DNA of 64,000 bases. Origin: Planctomycetota bacterium (GTDB lineage Bacteria > Planctomycetota > B15-G4 > JADJEK01). The position numbers were made by a program, and so were the translations under genes. The notes below the pieces were generated by a model. That model was not told where the DNA came from. It did no database searches and saw only the letters and a list, made by a program, of their open reading frames with translations. The stretch's first letter is position 1. The number at the start of each line of letters is the position of its first letter. The stretch spans positions 96,462-160,461 of the forward strand of contig JBGAIQ010000009.1 of NCBI GenBank assembly GCA_044225365.1, given 5' to 3'. Below are positions 47,678-58,981 of this stretch, one piece after another.

Positions 47678-49945
47678 TCACCGGCGCTGAACGACCGCGG
47701 TGAACTCCGGTGACGCGGACAGGATCGTCCCGCCGCTCGCCGTCAGATTTCCGAAGTACGAAGAATCCTGGTTCTCGTACGCCGTCGGCGGCGGCGCGAC
47801 GGCGCCGATCCACTTCAGCTCCGCACCGAGATCGAGCACCAGTAGCCGCCGATTCGTCGGCACGAACATGAGGTCACCCACGAATGCGACCTTGCCGAAG
47901 CGCTGCTCCTGCAGATCGAGAGGCGGAGTGATCCACGAACTCTTGTCGTTGCCATCGAGATCCGTGGCTTCGAAGAATACGCTGTCGACGTTCGCGCCGC
48001 TGACGTGCGCCGATTCGAAGATCAAACGGCCGTGCTCCTCGTCGAATCCGAGTAGCGTCGTACGCTCGCTCTTGAACAGCGGATCGTTCAGGAGGACGTC
48101 GCCGCGCTGCGACGGCGAGCGAGCGAGGACATAGAGGTATCGCGAGTCGGAGGGCGTGACGACGATTCGATCGCCGGTCACGATCGGGGGCGCCGTTGTC
48201 CACCCGCCCGTGATGTAGATCTGTTCGGGGGTGTACTTCCCCCGGTCCGTCGGCGTGATCCGATGGTACTTCACGATCCAGTCGATCGCGCCCGTTTGCG
48301 CGTCGACGGCCGCGAAGACTCCCACGTTGGTCTGAACGTAGGCAAGACCGTCGGCGACGACGACCGGCGAAGGTCGCGAGCGCCGTGCTTCGGTCGGCTG
48401 ATTGCGCATCTCGTACTCGGAGACGTCGGCCGCCGAGGCGATGAATCGGCTGTACACGAGCGCGCCACTCTTCCGATCGAATGCGAACAGGGCGCACTCG
48501 GAAGCGGTCGTGAGACGCGTCGCGGTGTAGAGGACGAGATCCCCCGCGATGGCGGGTGGAGTCTCGAACGCATAGCCCTCGAGCGCGTCATCGCGCTGTT
48601 CGGGTCCGGCATAGCGCCATGCGAGTTTGGGTGGAAGCGATGCGTCGCGGCCGATCGTGACGGCGCACGCGGCGCTGCGCGTACCGGCCGCCCCGACGGT
48701 CACGGCGAAATAGAGACGCTCGCCATCGAACACTCCGCCGACGCTCCGTGCCGTACGATCGATGGCCTCGGTCGTGGTCGAGAGGACCTTGGAGTACGGG
48801 AACTCCGCAGCGATCGGATCCCGCGGGTTGCCCGGCTGCGAAGCGTTGTGCTTGCCGCCCGCGAGGACGTGACGATGGAGATAGAGGCCACATCGCCCGA
48901 GAACAGCGAGACTGTCGCCGATGGGAATCACGGTCGTCGCCGGAATGGCTTCGAATTCGACGTCCGACAGCAGGTTCGTGCTGTTCCGGTTGAACGCCCT
49001 CTGCTCGGAGAGTTCCTTGACCGACTGACGCCCGACCTGGAAGGACTCGAACTTGCCGAGGTCGGCGCCGCTGGAGTCGGGCTCTTCGAATTCCGCATCG
49101 AACGATCGAACAAACTCGGAGAGCGGCATCGACTTGCCGGCGACCGTCACGGGTTCCGCCGCGAGCGAGTTCGCCCGCTCACGAATCGCGTCGAATTCCG
49201 AACGATCCCGCCGCGCCGCGGCCATGGCGAGGGCGCGTGCGAGATCGATCGTGCGCAATGCCGTGGAGTCGATCGCCTGTAGCTCGAGCAGCGCGTCGAA
49301 CGCGCGGTGACCGTTGTCGAAGTCGCCCTGTTCGACGGCGAGCGCGAGACTCTCGCGCAGCGCCGCTACCGCCGTGGCCGCGAGCGGAAAGCGGAGGCCG
49401 ACGTCGAGGAGTCGACGCGGCGAGTGCGAAGGGCGGGTCTGGGCGAGAGCGGCCGCGGCGGCGGATCCGAAGAGCTCTGTGTATCGCGCGCGCGCTTCGG
49501 GACCGAGGGCCAGGAGGCGCCGGCGCGCCGCGCCGGACGCCGAGAGCCAGGTCCGCGCGCCGAATTCGACGACGCCGTCCGAACTCTCGATCATCCGTTG
49601 ATAGCGCTGGACCGCTTCCGCCCAGTCCTTGCGCTTTGCCGCATCGTCGGCACCGAACAAATCGGCCTTCGCATTGTTGCTGACGACGACGAACGCGCCG
49701 TTCGTGAAGTTCTCGTCCTCACGCGGCATCACCTGCGCGCGAGCCAACGTGGCGAACACGACGAGGGCCGCGACGCAAGCGGTCGTCTTGCTTCGGAGAG
49801 AGGACGAGAACGCGCAGCGACGAGCGATCAGTCGTCGCGTGACGCTTCGTCGATACCGACCTTGCCTTGTGTCCACCGGGCCTGCACCACTCGCGACAGC
49901 GTCGTCGGGTCGCGGGTCTCGAGAGCTTGCTTCTGGAGTCCCCAT
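47678..49945 (-). CDS. secreted TPR-like + PQQ-like beta-propeller protein (shorter paralogue of the 1544-aa protein)
   Basis: It has a hydrophobic segment TTACVAALVVFATLARAQ, a helical N-terminal third and propeller-type repeats (SGALVYSRF, TGAIDWIVKY). The start is uncertain: ATG 49945 or GTG 49876. Both overlap the upstream ftsB-like gene. Confidence 0.6.
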   Translation of the reverse strand: MGTPEASSRDPRPDDAVASGAGPVDTRQGRYRRSVTRRLIARRCAFSSSLRSKTTACVAALVVFATLARAQVMPREDENFTNGAFVVVSNNAKADLFGADDAAKRKDWAEAVQRYQRMIESSDGVVEFGARTWLSASGAARRRLLALGPEARARYTELFGSAAAAALAQTRPSHSPRRLLDVGLRFPLAATAVAALRESLALAVEQGDFDNGHRAFDALLELQAIDSTALRTIDLARALAMAAARRDRSEFDAIRERANSLAAEPVTVAGKSMPLSEFVRSFDAEFEEPDSSGADLGKFESFQVGRQSVKELSEQRAFNRNSTNLLSDVEFEAIPATTVIPIGDSLAVLGRCGLYLHRHVLAGGKHNASQPGNPRDPIAAEFPYSKVLSTTTEAIDRTARSVGGVFDGERLYFAVTVGAAGTRSAACAVTIGRDASLPPKLAWRYAGPEQRDDALEGYAFETPPAIAGDLVLYTATRLTTASECALFAFDRKSGALVYSRFIASAADVSEYEMRNQPTEARRSRPSPVVVADGLAYVQTNVGVFAAVDAQTGAIDWIVKYHRITPTDRGKYTPEQIYITGGWTTAPPIVTGDRIVVTPSDSRYLYVLARSPSQRGDVLLNDPLFKSERTTLLGFDEEHGRLIFESAHVSGANVDSVFFEATDLDGNDKSSWITPPLDLQEQRFGKVAFVGDLMFVPTNRRLLVLDLGAELKWIGAVAPPPTAYENQDSSYFGNLTASGGTILSASPEFTAVVQRR

Positions 49946-50109
49946 CGCTCGGCTTCGTCGCGCAGCTTCACGAGCTCCTGTTCGGAGTGCTTCTCCGCGT
50001 CGAGGAGCGCGCGCCGTCGGAACTCCGCGGGAATCGTTCGCCCGAAGTAGACGGCGACCATCAACCCGAGAAGGAGGAACAGGGCACCATTGCGTTGAAC
50101 TGCGATCAT
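49828..50109 (-). CDS. FtsB/DivIC-like septum-formation initiator (small bitopic coiled-coil protein)
   Basis: Start MIAVQRNGALFLLLGLMVAVYFG at 50109 (CAT at 50107-50109). It has a single TM segment followed by EKHSEQELVKLRDEAERWGLQKQALE. It lies directly downstream of eno, a common eno-ftsB arrangement. Confidence 0.5.
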   Translation of the reverse strand: MIAVQRNGALFLLLGLMVAVYFGRTIPAEFRRRALLDAEKHSEQELVKLRDEAERWGLQKQALETRDPTTLSRVVQARWTQGKVGIDEASRDD

Positions 50110-50194
50110 CAAGCGGGACACGAAAGACCCTCCACCGTTGCCGCGCGGATTCTCGCGGTCACGGGGAGACAAGTCAAAGCGAACACCAACTTCT

Positions 50195-52166
<1,972 letters not shown>

Positions 52167-52167
<1 letters not shown>

Positions 52168-52754
52168 TACGACAGCGCGGGCCGCGAGAGGATCCCGGCC
52201 TCGATCTCGGCGACGAGCGCCGACGAACGCAAGCGCGTCACGATCGCGTAGGCGAATTCGAACGCCGTTCCCGGCGCCTGGCTGGTCAGGACATCGCCGT
52301 CGCAGACGACGCGTTCGCCCGCGTCGACCGCAACGCCAGCCGCCCTCAATTCATCCCGCACCGCGGGATGGCTCGTCACCCGGCGTCCGTGAAGGAGACC
52401 GGCGCGGAGGAGGACGATCGGCGCGGCGCAGATGGCGGCGACGAGCTTGCCGGCCGCCGCATGGTTGCGCAGCAGAGCGAGCACACGCTCGTCCTCGCGC
52501 ATCGCCTTCGCACCCGGAGCGCCGCCCGGCACCACGACGGCGTCGAAGAGCGGCGTGGCGTCCACTGTGCGGGCCAGGAGTTCGTCGAGCGTGATGTCGG
52601 GAACGAGGACGACGCCGCGCGAAGCGCGAACCGCGCCGGGATGGAGCCCTGCCACTGTGACGTCGATCGTCGCGCGACGCAATACGTCGATCACGGTGAC
52701 GGCTTCGATCTCCTCGGAGCCGTCTGCGATCAGAACGAGGGCGCGCGGATTCAC
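52167..52754 (-). CDS. DJ-1/PfpI/YajL family protein
   Basis: Motifs are ALVLIADGSEEIEAVTVIDVLRRA, DAVVVPGGAPGA and KLVAAICAAPIVLLRAGLL (nucleophile Cys), with TSQAPGTAFEFA. Confidence 0.85.
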
Positions 52755-52767
52755 GCGAAGGACGCGA

Positions 52768-54633
52768 TCAGAACGGCAGCGTGAGCTCGAGCATCAGCGC
52801 CGTTCGATTCTCCGGCGCCAATCCGCGCGCGCCGCCCAGGGCGTTCGCCGCGTTCGACCGTGTCGCACCCTCGCCGCTGCGCACCATCTTCTCGAGCGCA
52901 CGGAGCGTATCCGGGTTGCCCGCGTTCTTCGCGAGGATGCCCCGCAGGGCGTACGCCGCGGCGACGTGCGCCTCGGGGGACGCCGCCGCATCGCGCAAGA
53001 GCGCGAGCGCCGGGGCTTCGCCGTCGGCATGCCCGAGCTTGGAGAGCGCCACCATGGCCGGAACGCGGACCACGTCGTCGCGCTCGATCGCGGCGATCAA
53101 TGCGCGGCCCGCGGGCGCCAACGCGCCGCCGTCCATCGCCGCGAGAGCGAGCGCCGCCCGCCGCGAGAATTGCTCGGCCTCCATGCGTTCATCGTTGAGC
53201 GCGGCCTTCTCGAAGGCGGCGTCGTAGGCAGGCTTCAGGATCGCCCCGGACTTGATCGGTGCGGGCACGATCGCCGCGACCTTGTCGCCGAACAGGCTCT
53301 GCATGCGATCGCGATCGGCTTCGTCGACGACGAGGATGACGGGCAACGTCGCGGTGCGGACGTCGCGCTTCAGACTCGCGATGATCTGGTCGGCCTTCAC
53401 GTCGGAGACCGTCGAGCGAATCACGACGGCGTCCTTGATCGGCGGCTCCTTCGCGCGGACGAGCCCCATCGCGCCGGTCTCGGCCGTGATGGCGACGACG
53501 CGAAGCGACTGCGTCGCCGCGACGATCGAGTTGCGCTCAGCGGCATCGGGATCGATCACGAGCACCTGGCGCGTCGCGCTCTCGGACACCGCGTCACCGA
53601 GCGTCGCGACGATCTGCGGCGTCGGCTGGCCGGCGAGAGACAGGGCCGCGAGATAGCGCAGTCGCTTGTCGCCGCTGTTCTGCGCGAGGTCACTCGCACC
53701 ATTCACGTTCTCGGCCTTCGGCGCTTCGACTGCGGGAACATCGATCTGCGCGCCACCGAGGCGGAGCAGATCCTCGAGACGCGGCAGCGCCTTGTCCCAG
53801 CCGGCCGGGCCGACGACATCGCCGCCGCCCCGAATCACCTTGTTCAGCGCTTCGTAGGCCTGCGTCAGCGTCGCCTGCGCGGCGAGATTGGCCGGATCGA
53901 GTCGGAGGGCCCACTCGGCGTACATCTTGGCGTTCGCGGCGTTCGCCAGATTCGGCGTCGCCTCGCGATCCATCACCCGATGACCATTCCAGAAGTAGAC
54001 GTGGACCTTGCCATCGGCGCCCGCCGGCTGAGCGCGGCCACCCGCAAGGCACTCGTTGGCGGCGGTGAGCAGAGCCCCCGCGGCGGAACCCCCGGCTCCG
54101 GGCGCCATCGCGGCGAGCGCCTTGCTGGCCTCGGAGCGGGCGATCGGGTCGGAGTCGTGCTGCGCGATCGCGCCGAGCGCGGCCGCGGCTTCGACCGCGT
54201 TGACCTGCCCGAGCGTGATCACGAGGTTGCGCCGCACCATCGCGTCCTTCGATTGCAGCCCAGCGATCATCGCCGCGACCGAGTCGCTGCCGAGTCGCTT
54301 GAGGGCCATCACCGCTTGAGCGCGGGCGTCGTTGTCGGCGTTCGAACCGATCCAGCGCAGGAGCGCAGCGACGCCGCGTCCTCCATACTGCTTGCCCAAG
54401 GTCTCGAGGGCCGCGCGACGCGCGTTCCATTGACCCGTCGCAGCGTCTTCCGCGAGTTTCGCGAGGTCGCCGTCGATCGGGGCATCCGTCCAGGAAATCG
54501 CCGCGACCGGCGCGGCGTCGCCGCCCTTCTTGTCCGCAGCATCCGCGGCAGCATCCTGCGCGAAGGCATTCGCCCCGGCGAGAAGTGCGACGGCGATCAG
54601 GGACGACAAAGCCTTGCGGGTGATCGGAACCAT
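52768..54633 (-). CDS. secreted HEAT-repeat protein
   Basis: Start MVPITRKALSSLIAVALLAGANAFAQ at 54633 (CAT at 54631-54633). HEAT/PBS-lyase-like units include DARAQAVMALKRLG, DAMVRRNLVITLGQV, DPIARSEASKALAAM and ATRSNAANALGGA. Confidence 0.65.
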   Translation of the reverse strand: MVPITRKALSSLIAVALLAGANAFAQDAAADAADKKGGDAAPVAAISWTDAPIDGDLAKLAEDAATGQWNARRAALETLGKQYGGRGVAALLRWIGSNADNDARAQAVMALKRLGSDSVAAMIAGLQSKDAMVRRNLVITLGQVNAVEAAAALGAIAQHDSDPIARSEASKALAAMAPGAGGSAAGALLTAANECLAGGRAQPAGADGKVHVYFWNGHRVMDREATPNLANAANAKMYAEWALRLDPANLAAQATLTQAYEALNKVIRGGGDVVGPAGWDKALPRLEDLLRLGGAQIDVPAVEAPKAENVNGASDLAQNSGDKRLRYLAALSLAGQPTPQIVATLGDAVSESATRQVLVIDPDAAERNSIVAATQSLRVVAITAETGAMGLVRAKEPPIKDAVVIRSTVSDVKADQIIASLKRDVRTATLPVILVVDEADRDRMQSLFGDKVAAIVPAPIKSGAILKPAYDAAFEKAALNDERMEAEQFSRRAALALAAMDGGALAPAGRALIAAIERDDVVRVPAMVALSKLGHADGEAPALALLRDAAASPEAHVAAAYALRGILAKNAGNPDTLRALEKMVRSGEGATRSNAANALGGARGLAPENRTALMLELTLPF

Positions 54634-54932
54634 CCTGCGGACCTCCCAGACTGCGAAGTTCTGGACTGGCGTGGACCTCGCACGCGCGTTCGCAGCGAAC
54701 CCGGCACTTCCCGGATCCATCCGCCACGACTGCGCACGATGCGCGACATCGAATTCCGCACTCCAAATCACGATACGTGTTTCGGCGAATGCGGAAAGCG
54801 CGCGATTAGAGCGGTGACCTTGGAAACGATCAAGCGAAACCTCCTCGTGTCCGCCGTTTGGCGTGCGAGGCGACGCGCGCGTCGTCGTTTACCGTCCGGA
54901 TCGGCAGCGGCAACGAGGTGAACTCGGATTCT

Positions 54933-54990
54933 GGACCGCCGGGCTCTACCCGACATCGTATGGGAAATGCCGGGCAGAGCCCGGCGGTCC
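54933..54990 (-). repeat. 24-bp-stem GC-rich hairpin (REP-like element) in the sodC 3' region
   Basis: The arms are 54933-54956 and 54967-54990 with a 10-nt loop. On the minus-strand RNA all 24 positions pair, two of them as G-U wobbles. On the plus-strand RNA those two would be A-C mismatches. It begins 25 nt after the sodC stop. One arm is identical to 60282-60305. Confidence 0.75.
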
Positions 54991-55015
54991 AATTGCCCGG
55001 CGGCCCGACTTCCCC

Positions 55016-55573
55016 TCACTTCGCAGGATTCGCGATTCCGATCACGCCGGCCGCGATGCGTGCACCGGCGTTACCCGTCGGCTGCGTCTTGAAGTCGTCG
55101 GCGTCGGCGTGGACGATCATGCCGCGGCCGTAGATCGAGTTCGGGCCGGTGAGGCGAAGTTGCTTGTCGACGCGCGAGTACTTCGCCGTGCCATCGGCGC
55201 CCGCCTCGAGATTGCCGAGATCACCGGCGTGGCGCACGGCATCCTCGGGCGCGCCGTGATTCTGGGCGCCGGGATTGAAGTGGCCGCCGGTGCACTTGCC
55301 GTCGGCGCAATCGAGGTCGCCCCATTCGTGGACGTGGAACCCGTGCTTGCCGGGCTTCAGACCATGGATCTCGGCTTCGATGAGAACGCCAGCCTCGCCG
55401 GGTTGCTCGGTGAAGTGGATCGTTCCCGTGACTTCGCTCCCAGAGCGCGGCGACAACACGCAGATCGCGCGGGCAGCCGGCTTGCTGTCCTTCGTATCGG
55501 TTTGCGTCATCGCGATACCTGCAGCGAGGGCGAAACCGGCGACGAGACCGAAGAGCATCGACTTCGAATGCAT
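55016..55573 (-). CDS. sodC: Cu/Zn superoxide dismutase (periplasmic)
   Basis: Start MHSKSMLFGLVAGFALAAGIA at 55573 (CAT at 55571-55573). Motifs are HGFHVHEWGDLDCADGKCTGGHFNP, HAGDLGNLEA and GMIVHADADD. Confidence 0.9.
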   Translation of the reverse strand: MHSKSMLFGLVAGFALAAGIAMTQTDTKDSKPAARAICVLSPRSGSEVTGTIHFTEQPGEAGVLIEAEIHGLKPGKHGFHVHEWGDLDCADGKCTGGHFNPGAQNHGAPEDAVRHAGDLGNLEAGADGTAKYSRVDKQLRLTGPNSIYGRGMIVHADADDFKTQPTGNAGARIAAGVIGIANPAK

Positions 55574-55775
55574 GATCCTGATTCCTCTGTAGAGCGCGGC
55601 GAGCGCCGCGAATCGCGGAGCGTGCCCAAAAGTGTAGGAAGATCGCGGACGAATCGCGCTACAAGATGTCGCTCGGTCGCCCAATCGCTTCGATCGCGAA
55701 ACCGAGCCTCATCGCGGCGCGACGACTCGTCACGATAGCGCGGAAATCCAACCCTGACTCCACGGGAGATCCTCG

Positions 55776-57161
55776 ATGGCACCGGTCCTCCAGTTCCTCG
55801 GCGCCGCCGGTTGCGTGACGGGATCGAAGTACCTGCTGTACGCGAATGGTCAGGAGGTGCTCGTCGACGCCGGGCTCTTCCAGGGCGAGCGCGAGTTGCG
55901 CGAGCGCAACTGGGACCGCATGCCGCTCGATCCGAAGAAGATCGATGCGATCGTCCTCACCCATGGTCACATCGACCACGTGGGGTACCTGCCGCGCCTC
56001 GTGAAGTTCGGCTACCGGGGGCCCGTGATCTGCACCGAAGCGACGCGCGCGCTGCTCCAGATCCTGCTCCCCGACTCGGCGCGGATCCAGGAGGAAGAGG
56101 CCGAGTACGCCAACAAGAAAGGTTACTCGCGCCACAAGCCCGCACTGCCGCTGTACACCGAGGACGATGCGAACCGCGCGCTCGGCCTCGTTCGCACGAT
56201 GGACTATGGGAAGTCGTTCGAGGCAGCGCCTGGGATCACGGCGATCTTCCATCCCGCTGGACACATCGTCGGCTCAGCCTTCGTCGAGATGCGTGCAGAA
56301 GAGCGCACGATCCTCTTCTCCGGCGACATCGGCGGCTACGACTCCGAGTTCATGAAGCCACCCGCGCCGCTCCCCGCGGCGTTCGACTACTTGTTGGTCG
56401 AATCGACGTACGGCGGGCGCATCGAGGAGGAGCCGCCGATTGGCGATCAACTGGAGAAGCTCCTCGGTCCCGTCCTCCGCGCGGGCGGAGTCGTCGTGAT
56501 CCCTGCATTCGCCGTCGGCCGTACCACGATCGTGCTCTACCACCTGCGCAAACTGATGGAATGCGGCAAGCTTCCGAACGTGAAGGTCTTCGTCGACAGC
56601 CCGATGGCGACCGATGCCGTCGAGATCTACCAGAAGTTCTCGTCCGAGCTCAATCTGCGCCCCGAAGAGCTCCGCGACGACGACCGCTGCGCGATCCGCA
56701 CCCAGCAGGTGCGTCTCGTCCGCGATCGGGAGGGCTCGAAACTCATCAACAAGGAGCCCGGTCCCGCGATCATCGTCTCGGCGAACGGCATGGCGTCCGC
56801 CGGCCGCGTGCTCCATCATCTGCGGCATCGTCTTCCCGATCCGAAGAACCTCGTCCTCCTGGTCGGGTATCAGGCCGAAGGAACGCGTGGACGTCAGCTC
56901 GCGCAGGGCGCGAAGGAAGTGAAGTTGCTCGGCGACTACATTCCCGTTCGCGCGAAAGTCGCGTCGATCCGTGGGCTCTCCGCGCATGGCGACTGCGGCG
57001 AGATCGTGCGGTGGCTGAAGACGGCGCAGAGCCGTCCGCGGATGACGTTCCTCGTCCACGGCGAAACCGACGCCCTGAGAGCGATGGGCAAGAGCCTCGG
57101 GGACGAACTCGGCTGGGCGAGCCACGCCCCGCAATATCTAGAGAAGGTTCCCCTGGATTGA
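55776..57161 (+). CDS. metallo-beta-lactamase fold / beta-CASP family hydrolase (RNA-metabolising type)
   Basis: Motifs are LQFLGAAGCVTGSKYLL, LTHGHIDHVGYLP and ESTYGGR. Late motifs are SAHGD and LVHGE. Confidence 0.8.
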   Translation: MAPVLQFLGAAGCVTGSKYLLYANGQEVLVDAGLFQGERELRERNWDRMPLDPKKIDAIVLTHGHIDHVGYLPRLVKFGYRGPVICTEATRALLQILLPDSARIQEEEAEYANKKGYSRHKPALPLYTEDDANRALGLVRTMDYGKSFEAAPGITAIFHPAGHIVGSAFVEMRAEERTILFSGDIGGYDSEFMKPPAPLPAAFDYLLVESTYGGRIEEEPPIGDQLEKLLGPVLRAGGVVVIPAFAVGRTTIVLYHLRKLMECGKLPNVKVFVDSPMATDAVEIYQKFSSELNLRPEELRDDDRCAIRTQQVRLVRDREGSKLINKEPGPAIIVSANGMASAGRVLHHLRHRLPDPKNLVLLVGYQAEGTRGRQLAQGAKEVKLLGDYIPVRAKVASIRGLSAHGDCGEIVRWLKTAQSRPRMTFLVHGETDALRAMGKSLGDELGWASHAPQYLEKVPLD

Positions 57162-57171
57162 TCGCGCGCGT

Positions 57172-57218
57172 CGAAAACGAAACCGGCCGGTCCGCGCTTC
57201 TTGCGAACCGGCCGGTTC
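57172..57218 (-). terminator. hairpin terminator between convergent genes (best fit for the minus-strand dehydrogenase gene)
   Basis: An 11-bp stem AACCGGCCGGT (57182-57192) / ACCGGCCGGTT (57208-57218). On the minus strand it is followed by TCGTTTTCG (57172-57180). Confidence 0.5.
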
Positions 57219-57243
57219 CTCGTCTCACGTCACAGCTCTTCGA

Positions 57244-58809
57244 TCAGGGCTGCAGATCGACGCGGATGCCGTTGGACAATCCGACTCCGCCGGACGCGCC
57301 GGGATCGTCGATCGCCCACTGGCTGTAGAACGACACCGGGCCGCCGCCGCCCGCGACGGCGGGGATGTTGATCTCACCGTTCGCGTCGGTGAAGAGCGGA
57401 ACCGTGAGCACGATCGGGAAGCCGACCGTCAGCGTGCCGCCGAAGAACGGCGTCGCGCCCTGAGTGAACGAGAGGAAGAGCAGCGTCGGACGGCTCGGGG
57501 GACCATAGAGGAGCTGGTAGTCCGCCGTCTGACCCGTGCCCATCTGACCGCATGCGAACCAGTACGGCGTGCGACCGTTGCCGCCCACCTTGCCGCCGCC
57601 GAGATCCGCCATCGCCGTGACGGTCGGAACGATCTTGTAGAGTTCGCCACCCGTCTGATCGACGATCAGGATCTCGCCGCAGGCGTCGCGCCCGAAGCTC
57701 ACCGGATTGTTGATCGCGAGTGCGCCAGCGGGATCGAGTTCCGCCGTGCGATCGGTGAGGTTGCTCACCGCGCCGCCGACGATCTTGAATGACTGGATCT
57801 TGCCCGTGCAGTAGTCCGCGAAGAAGTACGTTCCGGCGAGATCCGGGATCGCGCAGCCGCGGTACACGACGCCGCCCGTGATCGAGCACGCGCCGCCGGT
57901 GTGCGAGTAGGTCAGGACAGGATACGTGAAGCTGGGGTCATTGCACAGGGGCGCCGACTGACAGGCCGCGAGGCCCGTGCAGTTGTTGCCTTCCATCACG
58001 CGCCAGCCGAAGTTGCGACCGCCCGTCGTACCCGACGCGACCCAGTCGACTTCCTCGATCAGGTTCTGGCCGACGTCCGCGATGAAGAGATCACCCGTCG
58101 CCGGATCGAAGTCCCAGCGCCACGGATTGCGCAGGCCGTAGTTGTAGATCAGCGGGTTGAAGGCCGTGTTGCCGACGAACGGATTCGTCGCTGGCGCCGA
58201 GGCTGGAACCGTGCTGACGTCGAGTCGCAGCATCTTGCCGAGCAGCGACATCTTGTTCTGCGCATTGCACGGCGGATCGTTGCCCGAACCGCCGTCGCCC
58301 TGACCCGAGTACAGGTAGCCATCGGGTCCGAACTGGAGGAGGCCACCGTTGTGGTTGGTGTTCGTCGGGTGCGGGATCGTCAGCATCGTCGTCGCGGAAC
58401 TGGCGTCCGCGACGTCGTTGACCATCGGATCGCCATTCACGTGATACCGGCGGATGTTGATCGTTCCGCCGGTGGCCGTGAAGTAGACGTAGAAGAGACC
58501 ACTCACTTCGTAGTTCGGGTCGAACGCCATCGAGAGCAGACCCTGCTCATTGCCACCTGCCATGCCCGACACGGTGACGAACGGCGCCGCGAGGAGCACG
58601 CCATCCTTAAGGATCTCGATGCGGCCCGTGTGCTGTTCGATCACGAAGATGCGATGCTTGTCACCTGGGGGCGAGCCCGCCCACACCGGCGCGGTGAATC
58701 CGCCTTGCAGCAGCACCGTCTTGAGAGGGGTCTGGGAGTGAAGGGTCGTGGCCATGAGCGCGCTGAGCGCGATGGCCGCGGTCAACGGACCGCGTTTCTG
58801 AGACAGCAT
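57244..58809 (-). CDS. PQQ-dependent sugar (glucose/sorbosone) dehydrogenase-like beta-propeller protein
   Basis: The N-terminus is signal-like. It has LLSMAFDPNY and HNGGLLQFGPDGYLYSGQGDGGSGNDP. There is a C-terminal extension of about 100 aa. Confidence 0.75.
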   Translation of the reverse strand: MLSQKRGPLTAAIALSALMATTLHSQTPLKTVLLQGGFTAPVWAGSPPGDKHRIFVIEQHTGRIEILKDGVLLAAPFVTVSGMAGGNEQGLLSMAFDPNYEVSGLFYVYFTATGGTINIRRYHVNGDPMVNDVADASSATTMLTIPHPTNTNHNGGLLQFGPDGYLYSGQGDGGSGNDPPCNAQNKMSLLGKMLRLDVSTVPASAPATNPFVGNTAFNPLIYNYGLRNPWRWDFDPATGDLFIADVGQNLIEEVDWVASGTTGGRNFGWRVMEGNNCTGLAACQSAPLCNDPSFTYPVLTYSHTGGACSITGGVVYRGCAIPDLAGTYFFADYCTGKIQSFKIVGGAVSNLTDRTAELDPAGALAINNPVSFGRDACGEILIVDQTGGELYKIVPTVTAMADLGGGKVGGNGRTPYWFACGQMGTGQTADYQLLYGPPSRPTLLFLSFTQGATPFFGGTLTVGFPIVLTVPLFTDANGEINIPAVAGGGGPVSFYSQWAIDDPGASGGVGLSNGIRVDLQP

Positions 58810-58981
58810 TCTTCTGTGCTCCTGGGATTCTGGTGGGGCTTCCGGGAATCGAGTTTCGTGGCTTGGCGTGAACCGTGAACGACTCGGGGCAGGTTCGCGC
58901 TGGAGAGAGGCTTGACTCGACCGGAGAGTCTACGTCGCCGCAGCTCTTCGGTCAACGTGACGTGGTACGCGCGCAGCTCGC

